DNA from: an uncultured Gemmatimonadales bacterium
Lineage (GTDB): Bacteria; Gemmatimonadota; Gemmatimonadetes; Gemmatimonadales; GWC2-71-9
Assembly (NCBI GenBank): GCA_963842945.1
Contig: CAWJIM010000001.1
Coordinates: 1 to 64,000, forward strand
Reading direction: 5' to 3'
DNA length: 64,000 bases
Below the pieces are notes generated by a model. The model was given only the letters and a program-made list of their open reading frames with translations. It was not told the origin of the DNA and did not search any database. Made by a program: the position numbers and the translations under genes. This document shows positions 22,167 to 34,239 of this stretch, piece after piece (the stretch's first letter is position 1; every line of letters starts with the position of its first letter).

Positions 22167-23473
22167 TGGGCTTCCCCCATCCCACACACCCCAAGGAAAA
22201 CCCGGTTCTCTCCAAGCACTTCGGCAGCCCGGAGGCGCGGACGTTCGATGGCTGGGTGAAGCGGGGAGGATACGAGGGGCTCCGCAAGGTGCTCCGAATG
22301 ACGCCCGAGGCGGTGGTCGAGGAAATCAAGGCCTCAGGGCTCCGGGGCCGAGGCGGCGCCGGGTTTCCTACCGGCCTCAAGTGGTCTTTGATGCCCAAGG
22401 CGGATGGCCGGCCGCATTACCTGGTGTGTAATGCGGATGAGTCGGAGCCCGGCACCTTCAAGGACCGGGAGATCATGCGGTGGACCCCGCACCAGTTGCT
22501 CGAGGGCTGTGCCATTGCTGCGTATGCCATCGGGGCCGAGCGTTGCTACATCTACATTCGAGGTGAGTTCACTGAGCCCCTCAAAGTGATGCAGCAGGCG
22601 ATCGACGAGGCGATCAGCAAGGGCGCCCTCGGGCAGAACGTGTTTGGCAGTGGGAAGCGGATCGATATGATCATCCATCGGGGGGCAGGCGCGTACATCT
22701 GCGGCGAAGAGACCGCCATGCTCAACTCGATCGAGGGCAAGCGGGGCAACCCGCGGATCAAGCCGCCCTACCCGGCGCAAGCCGGCGTGTTCGGCATGCC
22801 GACCACCATCAACAACGTCGAGACGCTGGCGGCGGTGCCCCACATCATCATGCGGGGCGGCGAGTGGTACAAGGGTCTGTCGCTCAGCAACCCCAAGAGC
22901 ACCGGCACGAAGCTCATCTCGGTCTGCGGCCACATCCAGCGGCCGGGCAACTACGAAGTGACGATGGGTACTCCGATGAAGGAGCTCATCTACGAGATGT
23001 GCGGCGGCATGCGACCGGGCCGCACCCTCAAGGCGGTCATTCCCGGCGGCTCATCGGTTCCGATTATGACGGCCGCGGAAGCAGAGGATTGCCTGCTGGA
23101 CTATGAAGGCGTCGTGGCTAAGGGATCGATGTTGGGTTCCGCCGGCATGATCGTGATGGACGACAGCACAGACATGGTGTATCAGATCTGGCGCCTGGCC
23201 CGCTTCTACGCCCACGAATCCTGCGCCCAGTGCACCCAGTGCCGCGAAGGGACCGCATGGTCGGTGCGAATTCTGGAGCGAATTCTGGCGGGGCAGGGAA
23301 AGCAGGAGCACTTCCAGCTGCTGCTCGATCTGTCCGACAACATGACCGGCAAAACCATTTGCGTGTTGAGTGACTCCTGCGCCGCGCCGATCGTGAGCGG
23401 AATTCAGAAGTTCCGCCACGAGTTCGAGGCCTATATTCAGGGCGCGCGCGAGCCGGCAATGGCAGCGATTTAA
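22166..23473 (+). CDS. nuoF: NADH-quinone oxidoreductase subunit F
   Basis: GLRGRGGAGFPTG, NADESEPG, GAGAYICGEE and ESCAQCTQC. Confidence 0.97.
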   Translation: MGFPHPTHPKENPVLSKHFGSPEARTFDGWVKRGGYEGLRKVLRMTPEAVVEEIKASGLRGRGGAGFPTGLKWSLMPKADGRPHYLVCNADESEPGTFKDREIMRWTPHQLLEGCAIAAYAIGAERCYIYIRGEFTEPLKVMQQAIDEAISKGALGQNVFGSGKRIDMIIHRGAGAYICGEETAMLNSIEGKRGNPRIKPPYPAQAGVFGMPTTINNVETLAAVPHIIMRGGEWYKGLSLSNPKSTGTKLISVCGHIQRPGNYEVTMGTPMKELIYEMCGGMRPGRTLKAVIPGGSSVPIMTAAEAEDCLLDYEGVVAKGSMLGSAGMIVMDDSTDMVYQIWRLARFYAHESCAQCTQCREGTAWSVRILERILAGQGKQEHFQLLLDLSDNMTGKTICVLSDSCAAPIVSGIQKFRHEFEAYIQGAREPAMAAI

Positions 23474-23479
23474 CGGACA

Positions 23480-25088
23480 ATGGCCGAAGAACTCGTCAAC
23501 CTAACCATCGATGGCGCCCCGGTGAGCGTCCCCAAGGGGACGACTGTCATCGAGGCCGCCAAACAGGCCGGCATTCTGGTGCCGCACTACTGCTATCACC
23601 CGTCGCTTCCATCGCCGGCGGTGTGCCGCATGTGCCTGGTCGAGGTCGAGAAAGCCCCGAAGCTGATGCCGGCCTGCGTGACCCAGGTGGCCGAAGGACA
23701 GGTAGTGCTTGTCGACAGCGAAAAGGCCAAGAAGGCTCGCGAGGGCGTACTCGAGCTGCTGTTGATCAACCATCCACTCGACTGCCCAATCTGCGATCAG
23801 GCCGGTGAGTGCGAGCTGCAGGACTACGTGTTCCAGGAAGGCCGCGCCGGCACCCGGTACGCGGAATACGCCAAGCGCTTCAGTCCGGTGGAAGACTTCG
23901 GGCCCGATGTGCTGTACGTGCCCGAACCGCTGTATCCTCTGCACCCGGTGTGTCCGCTTTATGGAAGACGTGGCGGAGGAGCCAGTCCTCAATGTCTCGG
24001 AGCGGGGCGATCGCGCGTACATCGGGATTTCCATGGACCAGCGGCTGGATCATCCCTGGGCCGGCAATGTGGTGGATCTCTGCCCGGTCGGGTCGCTGCT
24101 GTCCAAGGATTTTCTGCACAAGGCCCGGGCGTGGGATCTGGACAAGAGCGCCAGCGTCTGCCCCGGCTGCACCCAGGGCTGCAACATCAGCATCGATACC
24201 CGCGATGATGTCGTTGTCCGGCTCCGGCCCCGGCCCAACCTCGAGGTGAATCGCCACTTCATGTGCGACTACGGCCGGATGAACTACCGCTGGCTCAACC
24301 GGGGCGACCGAATCGAAGCTCCTCTGGTGCGAGATGGTGGACGCCACGTCGCGACCGACTGGGACACCGCGCTGGATCGTCTGGGGCAGTTGGTGCGCGG
24401 CATCTCGGGCTCGGCCGTCATTCTCGCGTCGGGGCGGGCCTCGACCGAATCGCTGGGGCTGGTGCGGCTGATGCTGGGCCGGATGAATGTGACCGCCGCC
24501 GTCCAGGTGCCACTGGGAGACGAGGCTCCTCTGGCGGGGATTCCGAATTTGGCACTCCGCCGCGAACGGACACCGAATTTGGCGGGGGCAGAGCTCCTGG
24601 GTTACAAGCCCGATTGGGAAGCAGCAATGGAACAAGTCGGGCAGGCCGGCCTGACCATCGTGCTCGATGCCGATCTCACCGAATCGGAGCAGGCCCTGAT
24701 CGCGGGCGCGCCGGGAAGCCTGGTCGTTCTTGGTACCGTGTGGCCCGAAGGCCTCCGAAACGCGGAGCTGGTCCTCCCCATCACGAACATGGCCGAAGAG
24801 AACGGCACATACGTGAATCGAGACCGGCGCATTCAGCGCTTCAGCCAGGCCAAGGCCCAGCCCGGCATGGCTCGGGCTGCCTGGTGGGTGGCGGGCGAGG
24901 TTCTCGCGGGTCCGGGGCCAAGTTTTGCGGCCCCCTCCACTGCTGCCGAAGCGTTTGCCGTGCTGGGTGAGCGCTGGCCGGCGTTGGCCGGTTTTACCCA
25001 CGCCGACCTGGGATACACCGGCCGGATCCTGGGACTCTCGGACGATCGCTCGCTGGAAAGCCAGAGCGCCGATCTGGGGGTCATGTGA
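23480..25088 (+). CDS. nuoG: NADH-quinone oxidoreductase subunit G (short form), frameshift near 23920
   Basis: HYCYH..CRMCLV, NHPLDCPICD, RCILCTRCVRF..DLCPVG and CPGCTQGC. Confidence 0.93.
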
Positions 25089-26329
25089 CGCCCATTCTCA
25101 AGGGATTTCTGCTGGTCAGCATCATCAAGATGCTGCTGGTGTTTACCGTGATCATGGTCGGCGTCGCGCTGCTCACCCTGATGGAGCGGAAAGTCAGCGC
25201 CTGGATGCAGAACCGGCGCGGCCCTAACCGGGTCGGGCCGGCGGGCCTGCTGCAGCCCGCGGCGGATGGGCTGAAAAACATTCTTAAGGAAGAGACCTTC
25301 CCGGCGCTGGCCAACCGATGGCTGTTCCTGCTGGCGCCGGCGTTCTCGTTCATCCCCGCGCTGCTGCTTTCGGCCGTGATACCCTTCGGGGCCCCGCTGC
25401 CGCTGAACTTCGATTTTACTCTCGGGCCTTTGGGTCGCTTCGTGCACCACGGCACCATGCCGATGGTCGTGGCCGATCTGCCGATCGGCTTTCTCTTTGT
25501 CCTGGCCATCAGCTCGATGGGAGTCTACGGGATCGCGCTGGCGGGGTGGTCATCGAACAGCAAATACGCCCTGCTGGGAGGGCTCAGGGCCAGTGCCCAG
25601 ATGGTCTCCTATGAAGTTCCCATGGGACTCAGCCTGATTCCGGTGCTCTTGCTCTCCGGCAATGTCAGCCTCTCCGCCATCGTTCACGAACAGCAGCTGG
25701 GGCTCTGGTACGTACTCCCGCTGTTTCTCTCGTTTTTCATCTTCCTGATCTCGGGGTTCGCGGAAACCAACCGGCTGCCGTTCGACCTGCCCGAGGCCGA
25801 ATCCGAGCTGATCGCGGGCTATCACACCGAATACAGCGCCATGAAGTTCTCCTTTTTCTTCATCGCCGAGTACGCCAACGTGGTGACCGTGTGCGCCATG
25901 GTAACCACGCTGTTCTTCGGCGGGTGGGACATTCCCTTCACCCACTGGGACGAATCGGGCGGAGTGCTGCAGACGGTCGCCACTGCCGGATTCTTCTTCA
26001 TCAAGCTGATGTTCTGGATCTTCTTCGTGATGTGGATCCGCTGGACGTTGCCGCGGTTCCGCTACGACCAGCTGATGGCTTTGGGCTGGAAGGTTCTCCT
26101 TCCACTGTCTCTGGGGTACATCATGGTGATGTGTGTGGCGATGTACGTCACTGAGCGGGTGATCGGGCTCAGCGATCCCATGACCCGGCTGCTGGCCCTG
26201 TTCGGGCTCAATGTGGTGATCGCCATTCTGGTGTTTGGACTCCTGGACCGCGGGGTGTTCATCCGAGGGTCGGCGCGCCAGCGTCGCGCCCTCGATGCGC
26301 CTGCCCGGCGGGCTCCGGCGGTGACCTGA
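25085..26329 (+). CDS. nuoH: NADH-quinone oxidoreductase subunit H
   Basis: ERKV..RGPN, AETNRLPFDLPEAESEL and PRFRYDQLM. Confidence 0.97.
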   Translation: MTPILKGFLLVSIIKMLLVFTVIMVGVALLTLMERKVSAWMQNRRGPNRVGPAGLLQPAADGLKNILKEETFPALANRWLFLLAPAFSFIPALLLSAVIPFGAPLPLNFDFTLGPLGRFVHHGTMPMVVADLPIGFLFVLAISSMGVYGIALAGWSSNSKYALLGGLRASAQMVSYEVPMGLSLIPVLLLSGNVSLSAIVHEQQLGLWYVLPLFLSFFIFLISGFAETNRLPFDLPEAESELIAGYHTEYSAMKFSFFFIAEYANVVTVCAMVTTLFFGGWDIPFTHWDESGGVLQTVATAGFFFIKLMFWIFFVMWIRWTLPRFRYDQLMALGWKVLLPLSLGYIMVMCVAMYVTERVIGLSDPMTRLLALFGLNVVIAILVFGLLDRGVFIRGSARQRRALDAPARRAPAVT

Positions 26330-26853
26330 TGGCGATAGGCGTCAAGGTCCTCCAGCGGCCCGCCCGGGAAGTCAGCTACGTGCGGGCGACCCTGAAAGGC
26401 ATGGCTCTCACCTTCAAGCACATGTTCGAGAAGAAGGTGACCATGCAGTATCCGGAGGAGAAGAGCACCGACAGCGAACACGGCGGTGGTCGCTGGAGCC
26501 TCAGCCCCCGGTGGCGGGGCACCCATCGAATGCTCACAGACGAGCAGGGCCGGTCCAAGTGCGTCGCCTGCGGTCTCTGTCCCCAGATCTGTCCGGCCAA
26601 TTGCATCAAGCTGGTGCCGGGCGAAGACGAGCAGGGCAATCGGTATCCTCTGATCTACGAGATCGATGAGTTCCGCTGCATCTTCTGCGGCTACTGCCAG
26701 GAGGTCTGCCCGGAAGAGGCTATTCACGTGGGTGTGCACTACGAAAACTCGGAGTACACCCGGGGACGGTTCGTGTATGACCTCGAGCGGCTCTCGTCTC
26801 AGACCCATGCGGTATCCACACTGTGGGATCCGACCGACCCGGCCGGTGAGTAA
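26329..26853 (+). CDS. nuoI: NADH-quinone oxidoreductase subunit I
   Basis: Two CxxCxxCxxxCP motifs. Confidence 0.96.
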   Translation: MAIGVKVLQRPAREVSYVRATLKGMALTFKHMFEKKVTMQYPEEKSTDSEHGGGRWSLSPRWRGTHRMLTDEQGRSKCVACGLCPQICPANCIKLVPGEDEQGNRYPLIYEIDEFRCIFCGYCQEVCPEEAIHVGVHYENSEYTRGRFVYDLERLSSQTHAVSTLWDPTDPAGE

Positions 26854-27410
26854 ATGACGGAGGTCGTCTTTTACGTCTTTGCGGTAGCGGCCATCGTGTC
26901 GGCCACCCTGTGCATCCTGCAGCGAAATCCGGTGTCCGCGGCGTTATGGCTGGTCTCGACCATGTTTTCCCTGGCGGCCATCTACGTCCTTCTGAATGCG
27001 CAGTTCATTGCCGCCATCCAGGTGCTGGTGTACGCCGGCGCCGTCATGGTGTTGTTTCTCTTCGTCATCATGCTGCTGAACTTGGGCCACGCGGAGCCGG
27101 ACATGCGGGGCCCTTCGACCATTGCGGCTACGCTGGTGATCGTCGGACTTCTGGCCATTGAGTTGTTTGCCCTGCTCCGGTACAACCCGCGAAGGCTGGC
27201 GTCCGAGTTCTCCCAGTGGCCTGCGTTCTCCGATCCGGCCACCGTCTTCGTGGCCGGCCAGCTGAGCCAGCAGGAAAGTGCCGCAAAGGGTGTGGTTGGT
27301 GCCGTGGCCGCGCCGCTATTTCAGGTATATCTGATCCCGTTTGAGATCACCTCGATTCTTCTGCTGGTAGCGATCATCGGCGCGGTCGTGCTCGCCAAGC
27401 GGAAAGTCTG

Positions 27411-27411
<1 letters not shown>
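26854..27411 (+). CDS. nuoJ: NADH-quinone oxidoreductase subunit J
   Basis: QVLVYAGAVMVLFLFVIM and PFEITS. Confidence 0.95.
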
Positions 27412-27708
<297 letters not shown>

Positions 27709-27729
27709 TTTCCTGAACGCACGGGGAGT

Positions 27730-29701
27730 ATGAGCGCAAACTGGGTTTGGCTCGCAGTCGCCTTTCCGCTGCTTGGCTTTCTGATCAACGGCGGGCTCTC
27801 GCTGCGCCGGCCGCAGGCCAAGGACGTGGTGTCGGTGGTCGGCGTCGGCGTTCTGGCAGCCTCCTTTGTGGTTTCTGCGGCGTTGTTCCTCGAGCTTCGG
27901 GCGCATCCGCCGCACCAGCCACACATCGTCGCTCTTTGGCGCTGGCTCCCGGTCGGCCCGCTCCAGATCGATATGGGATTCCAGCTGGACCAGCTCTCCG
28001 CGGTCATGCTGCTGATCGTGACCGGGGTGGGAAGCCTCATTCACCTGTTCAGCGTCGGGTACATGAAGGAGGATCCGGGTTACGCCCGGTACTTCGCCTA
28101 CCTGAACCTGTTCGTGGTGTTCATGCTGGTGCTGGTGCTCGGGTCCAGCTTCCCGGTGATGTTCATCGGCTGGGAGGGCGTGGGCCTCTGCTCCTACCTG
28201 TTGATCGGGTTCTGGTTCAACGACAAGGTCAATGCTGACGCCGGCAAGAAGGCGTTCATCGTCAACCGAATCGGCGATTTCGGGTTTTTGATGGCGATGT
28301 TCATGATCTGGCACTCGCTGGAAACGCTCACCTTCACCGGCATGGTGGCCAAGGCGCCCGCCATTCTGCCGGCCGGGAGTGCCACCGTCACGGCCATCAC
28401 GCTTTTTCTCTTCCTCGGCTGCGCCGGCAAGTCGGCGCAGATACCGCTCTATACCTGGCTTCCGGATGCTATGGCCGGCCCCACCCCGGTCTCCGCGCTG
28501 ATCCACGCCGCCACCATGGTGACCGCCGGCGTGTATCTGGTCATCCGCACCAACGTGCTGTTTGCCCTGGCGCCGCTCTCGAGCACCGTGGTGGCGGGCA
28601 TCGGCGCGCTCACCGCGCTGTTTGCGGCCACCATCGGGCTCCGGCAGTACGACATCAAGAAGGTGCTGGCTTACTCCACGGTGTCCCAGCTGGGCTACAT
28701 GTTCCTCGGCGTCGGAACCGGCGCCTACGCGTCGGGCCTGTTCCACCTGGCCACTCACGCGTTCTTCAAGGCGCTGCTGTTCCTTGGGGCCGGCAGCGTG
28801 ATCCACGCGATGCACCACGCGTATCACGCCACCCACTCCCACGCCGACGCACAGGACATGCGGAACATGGGTGGGCTCAAGCAGTATATGCCGGTGACCT
28901 TTTGGCTCATGCTGATCGCCACCCTGGCCATCGCAGGGATCCCGCCGTTCTCCGGATTCTTCTCCAAGGACGAGATACTGGCCGCGGCGTTCGCCCGGGG
29001 CGAGACCAATCCGGATCTACCTGGTCTTCTATGCCATGGGGGTCGCCGCGGCATTGCTCACCGCCTTCTACATGGCCCGGCTCATGGCCATGACCTTTCT
29101 CGGAAGCAATCGTACGGGTGAGCAGGAGCGAGGCCACCTGCACGATGCGCCCTGGGTGATGACTGGACCGCTGGTGGTGCTGGGCGTTCTGAGTGCCTTC
29201 GGCGGGCTCCTCAATCTTCCGCCCTTCCTCGGCGGGGGCGCCGCGCTCGAGCGATGGATCGAGCCGGTCACCGCGCCGGCGGCCGCGTTCTTCCGCCTGC
29301 AGATGCCGCACGGCAACACCGAGCTGTTCCTGATCGGCGCCGCGGTTCTGGTCGGCATCGTGGGCCTGGTCGCCGGCTGGAGAGCTACCCTGCGGCGCCC
29401 CATCCCGGTCGCGGCTGAAGCGCCGGTGGACACCGGATTCGCCCGGGTGCTCTACCGCAAGTACTACATCGACGAGATCTACAATGCGTTGATCGTCCGC
29501 CCTCTGGTCTGGCTCTCGCGAGTGGTTCTCTGGAAAGGGGTGGACCAGGGCGTGGTAGATGGCGCGGCGGTGAACGGCACGGCGCGTGTGTCCCGCGGGC
29601 TGGGCTGGCTGGGAAGCCGGCTGCAGACCGGGCAAGTCGGCATCTACGTCGTGCTGTTTCTGGTGGGCGCCCTGTGGATCCTGCATTCCGTGGTACGGTG
29701 A
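27730..29701 (+). CDS. nuoL: NADH-quinone oxidoreductase subunit L, frameshift near 29015
   Basis: GWEGVGLCS, NRIGD, GKSAQ.PL..WLPDAMAGPTPVSALIHAATMV and HAFFKA. Confidence 0.96.
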
Positions 29702-29708
29702 CCCACCG

Positions 29709-31273
29709 ATGACACAGCTCCTCGATTCCATCCACTACAGCGACTGGATTCTGCATGCGCTGATCCTGTTGCCGCTTGCGGGAGTGGTCCCGGTTCTGCT
29801 CGGGGATGAACGAACCGCCAAGCGTACGGCGCTGGTGGTCACCCTGCTCGAGCTGGTGTTGTCGCTTGGACTCTGGTGGGCGTTCGATCCCCGCGAAGGC
29901 GGGATGCAGCTGGTTTCCAGCGCTCCCTGGATTCCCCGGTGGGGCATCCGGTACCGCGTAGGAATTGACGGCATCTCTCTGTTCATGGTCTTACTCACGA
30001 CCGTGATGATGCCCCTCAGCGTCCTGGCGAGCTGGACCTCCATCACCCGGCGGGAGCGGGCGTTCTACGCCCTGATGCTTACCCTCCTGACCGGGCTGGT
30101 CGGCGTCTTTATCGCCCTGGATCTGTTCCTCTTCTACGTCTTCTTCGAGGTGATGCTGATCCCGATGTATTTCATCATCGGGATCTGGGGAGGCGCTAAT
30201 CGCCTCTACGCCGCCATCAAGTTCTTCATCTATACCATGGCAGGCTCGCTTCTGATGCTGGTGGCCATCGTCGTGATGGCGTGGAGGGTCGGGAGCGTCA
30301 CGGGCGTCCTTTCGTTCGGGTACGAGCATCTGTTGGCCAACGCCAGCACGTTGGGCTCGGCCGCCCCCTGGCTCTTTGCAGCATTCGCGCTGGCATTCGC
30401 GATCAAGGTGCCAATATTTCCGCTCCACACCTGGCTTCCTGATGCGCACGTCGAGGCACCCACAGCCGGCAGCGTTCTGCTTGCCGCCATCATGCTCAAG
30501 ATCGGAACCTACGGGTTTCTTCGATTCGCAGTTCCGTTTTTTCCCCAGGTGGCCCTTTCTCCCGGGGTCACCCGCCTGATGGTGGCGCTCGCCGTGATCG
30601 GAATCATCTACGGCGCCCTGGTGGCCATGGTGCAGCCCGACATCAAGAAGCTCGTGGCATACTCCTCGGTGAGCCATCTGGGTTTCGTAATGCTGGGGAT
30701 CTGGGGTGTCAGCGTGATCAGCGTGCAGGGCGCACTCATGGTCATGATCAGCCACGGGATCTCGACCGGAGCGTTGTTCCTGCTGATCGGCATGATCTAC
30801 GAGCGACGGCACACCCGGCTGATCGACGACTACGGCGGTATTGCTCGGGTCGTCCCCATCTTCAGCCTGATATTGACCGTCGTCGCGCTCTCCTCCATCG
30901 GCCTGCCCGGGCTCAATGGCTTCGTAGGCGAGTTCCTGGTGCTGCTCGGCAGTTTCGAGGCATATCCCTGGGCCACCGGCATTGCCACCACCGGAGTCAT
31001 CTTTGCCGCCGCCTACCTTCTCTGGGCCCTCCAGCGGATGATCTTCAACCGGCTGGACAACCCGGAGAACGAGCGACTGACGGACCTCAACCGGCGAGAG
31101 CTTGCCGTACTGATTCCCTTGATCATCGGGATTGTCTGGCTGGGACTGTTCCCGGGCCCGGTGCTCCGGCGGATGGAGCCCGCAACCCAGCGCTTCGTTG
31201 AGGTGCACTCAGCCTCACGGCGGCTCGGCCCGACTCGGCGCCATGGTACACCCGCGTGCAGGGGAGCCGCTGA
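29709..31273 (+). CDS. nuoM: NADH-quinone oxidoreductase subunit M; 3' end inferred from TGATG overlap
   Basis: FFEVMLIPM, HTWLPDAHVEAPT, AYSSVSH and GLPGLNGFVGEF. Confidence 0.95.
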
Positions 31274-32772
31274 TGCAGCTCGACATGAGCACCCCACAGG
31301 GCGTTACGCTCGGACTGCTGCCGGAAATTCTTCTGTCGGGCTGGGCCCTGGTGGTTCTTCTGGTCGCCAGCTGGCGACACAGCACGGCCGAGGATAGCCG
31401 GCTGGCTGGGTGGTTGAGTCTGGCGGGCATCGCGGTCAGCGCCGCCGGCCTGGCCTGGCTCTGGGTGAATGATGCAACGCCCCTGGGGTTGGCCCAGATG
31501 ATGGCCCTGGACCCGTTCCGCTATGCTGCGGACGCCCTGATCCTGCTGGCTACCGCCGGCGCCATTCTCCTTTCCCTGGGCTACCTCGAGCGGGAGCTGC
31601 TGCTGGCTCCCGAGTACTACACTCTGCTGCTTCTCTCGGCAGCAGGAATGATGTTTATGGCCGGCGCCGAAGACCTGATCGTGCTGTTTCTCGGGCTCGA
31701 GGTGATGTCCGTCGCCGTCTACGTTCTCGCGGGGTACAATCGGGCCAATGCCTGGTCGTCCGAAGCAGCGCTGAAGTATTTCCTGATCGGCGCCTTCGCG
31801 TCGGGCTTCCTGCTATATGGTATAGCGCTGGCTTACGGGGCAACCGGTACCACGAACCTTTCACTGATCGGCGCGCAGTTCGCGGGTGGACAGCTGTCAC
31901 TCATGGCCGAACTGGGTCTGGGCCTCCTGCTGATCGGGTTTGCCTTCAAGGTGGCGGCAGTCCCCTTTCACATGTGGGCGCCTGACGTGTACGATGGTGC
32001 GCCCACCCCGGTTACGGCGTTCATGGCCACCGGTGTGAAGATCGCGGCCTTCGCCGGACTGGTTCGGGTTCTCATGGAAGGGTTCCCGGCGGCCGCAGGT
32101 CTCTGGCAGCCGATCATCGCCGGCCTTGCCATTGCATCCATGATTGTGGGGAACCTGATTGCGCTGGCGCAGCGGACCCTGAAGCGAATGCTGGCCTACA
32201 GCTCCATTGCTCACGCAGGCTACCTGCTGGCTGCGGTCTGGCCGGGCACCCGCCTTGGCTCCGGCGCGGTCCTGTTGTATCTCGCAGCCTATAGCCTCAC
32301 CACGATTGCCAGTTTCGGCTTTTTGGCAGCGCTCGGTCGCCACGGCGAACGAACGGTGACCTTCGACGACATCGCCGGGTTGTCCGCCAATCGTCCCTGG
32401 ATTGCCCTGGGACTGACTCTGTGCATGTTGTCTCTGCTGGGCTTTCCGGGAACCTTCGGTTTCATCGGGAAGTGGTACATCATCTCCGCCCTGGTTGCCG
32501 AGGGCCAGATGATTCTTCCGGTGGTTCTCGTCGTGACCAGCGTCATCTCTGCCGGGTACTATCTGCCGGTGATCATGTCCATGTACATGAAGACGGCTCC
32601 CAACGATGAGCTGCAGCGCGACATGCGGCTGTTCCCGTCGGCCGCCGGAGTCATCGCCCTGTCCCTGGTAGCCGTAGTCGTCCTTGGCTTCTGGCCGCGG
32701 GAAGCACTCGACGCCGCCGTGAAGAGTGCCGGCACGTTGACCCAGACAGGCACACCGGTGGCCCGGCAGTAA
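31273..32772 (+). CDS. nuoN: NADH-quinone oxidoreductase subunit N
   Basis: EAALKYF, FKVAAVPFHMWAPDVYDGAP and KRMLAYSSIAH. Confidence 0.96.
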   Translation: MQLDMSTPQGVTLGLLPEILLSGWALVVLLVASWRHSTAEDSRLAGWLSLAGIAVSAAGLAWLWVNDATPLGLAQMMALDPFRYAADALILLATAGAILLSLGYLERELLLAPEYYTLLLLSAAGMMFMAGAEDLIVLFLGLEVMSVAVYVLAGYNRANAWSSEAALKYFLIGAFASGFLLYGIALAYGATGTTNLSLIGAQFAGGQLSLMAELGLGLLLIGFAFKVAAVPFHMWAPDVYDGAPTPVTAFMATGVKIAAFAGLVRVLMEGFPAAAGLWQPIIAGLAIASMIVGNLIALAQRTLKRMLAYSSIAHAGYLLAAVWPGTRLGSGAVLLYLAAYSLTTIASFGFLAALGRHGERTVTFDDIAGLSANRPWIALGLTLCMLSLLGFPGTFGFIGKWYIISALVAEGQMILPVVLVVTSVISAGYYLPVIMSMYMKTAPNDELQRDMRLFPSAAGVIALSLVAVVVLGFWPREALDAAVKSAGTLTQTGTPVARQ

Positions 32773-32797
32773 CGTCAAACCGGGACTTGGATTCGCC

Positions 32798-34186
32798 ATG
32801 AATGTTCCGAAATCGATATTCCGGCAATACGATGTTCGCGGCCTCGTCGGCCGGGAGCTGACGCCCGACTTTGCCCGGGCGCTCGGCCGTGCCTTCGGCA
32901 GCGTAGCTGCCGACCGTTTGGGCAAAGCCCCGGTCATCGCGGTCGGGCGCGATAACCGACCTTCGGGCCCAGGACTGGCCGAGGGAGTACGCCGGGGAAT
33001 CTCCGAAGCGGGCGGGACAGCCATCGATGTGGGCACCCTGCCGACGCCCGCCTTGTATTTCGGCGTCTCTGCCCTCAAGACCGACGGAGGCCTTCAGGTT
33101 ACCGGCTCGCACAATCCGCCCGAGTTTAACGGCTTCAAGATGGTGCTGGCCGGCGAAGCCTTTCACGGCGATGATATCCTGGAGCTGTGGGAAATCATCA
33201 TGGCCGAGCGGTGGCGATCGGGTAAGGGCAAGGAGACCTCGGACAGCTCGGTGCTTCAACGCTATCGCGACGGGATTATCAGCCGACACAAGCTGGAGCG
33301 CCCGGTGCGTGTCGTGGTGGACTGCGGCAACGGGGCCGGAAGCCTGGTCGCGGTCTCAACGCTGCAGGGGCTCGGTGCCGAAGTCACCCCACTGTTCTGC
33401 GAGTCGGACGGAACCTTCCCCAACCATCATCCTGATCCTACAGTGCCGGAAAATCTGCGCGATCTGCAGATGGAGGTCCGGCGGGGCGGCGCGGAGCTGG
33501 GCATCGCGTTCGATGGCGACGCGGATCGGATCGGTGCGGTGGATGAAACCGGGGAGATCATCTACGGCGATCAGCTTCTGGTGATATTCGGGCGCGATGC
33601 GGTTCGACGGTTCGGGAAGGGAACTCCGGTCATTTTCGATGTGAAGTGCTCGGAGGTGCTCCCGGCCGCTCTCACGGCCGCGGGAGCCCAGCCGGTCATG
33701 TGGAAGACAGGGCACTCCCTCATCAAGGCCAAGATGAAAGAGCTCAAGGCTCCCCTGGCAGGCGAGATGAGCGGCCACATGTTCTTCGGTGGCGACTACC
33801 TGGGCTTCGACGACGCCCTGTTCGCCGCCGCGCGCCTGCTGGAGATCGTGAGCCGGCAGCCCTTCGGCCTGGCGCCGCTGCTGGCCGATCTGCCGCGCAC
33901 CTTTGCCACTCCCGAAATCCGGGTGGAATGCCCTGAAGAGGAGAAGTTCGACCTGGTAGAGCGGGCCGCCGTCCACTTTGCTACTCTGTATCCGGTCAAT
34001 ACCATCGATGGCGTCCGAATCACCTTTCCCCACGGTTGGGGCTTGCTCCGAGCCTCCAACACCCAGCCGGTGCTGGTGATGCGATTCGAAGCCACCGATC
34101 AGGCCGCGCGAGACGAGTATCGGGCCGAAGTCGAGGGATGGCTGGCACGGCAAAAGAAAGCGTTAACGGTGAGCGGCAAGCAGTGA
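32798..34186 (+). CDS. Phosphomannomutase/phosphoglucomutase (AlgC-like)
   Basis: FRQYDVRG, TGSHNP, FDGDADR, GEMSGH and RASNT. Confidence 0.95.
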   Translation: MNVPKSIFRQYDVRGLVGRELTPDFARALGRAFGSVAADRLGKAPVIAVGRDNRPSGPGLAEGVRRGISEAGGTAIDVGTLPTPALYFGVSALKTDGGLQVTGSHNPPEFNGFKMVLAGEAFHGDDILELWEIIMAERWRSGKGKETSDSSVLQRYRDGIISRHKLERPVRVVVDCGNGAGSLVAVSTLQGLGAEVTPLFCESDGTFPNHHPDPTVPENLRDLQMEVRRGGAELGIAFDGDADRIGAVDETGEIIYGDQLLVIFGRDAVRRFGKGTPVIFDVKCSEVLPAALTAAGAQPVMWKTGHSLIKAKMKELKAPLAGEMSGHMFFGGDYLGFDDALFAAARLLEIVSRQPFGLAPLLADLPRTFATPEIRVECPEEEKFDLVERAAVHFATLYPVNTIDGVRITFPHGWGLLRASNTQPVLVMRFEATDQAARDEYRAEVEGWLARQKKALTVSGKQ

Positions 34187-34222
34187 GCACCCTCCCGCTC
34201 ACCGCTCACCGCGTACCGCTCA
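34167..34222. repeat. 7-bp tandem repeats with inverted arm (hairpin)
   Basis: cggtgagcgg..cagtgagc followed by ccgctca ccgctca ccgcgta ccgctca. Confidence 0.7.
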
Positions 34223-34239
34223 CGCACCTGGGTTAAACG

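Noticed and set aside
29586..31397. Long nuoM/nuoN overlap and extensions
   Set aside because: Artefact of upstream alternative starts and an indel. A TGATG junction exists at 31271-31275.
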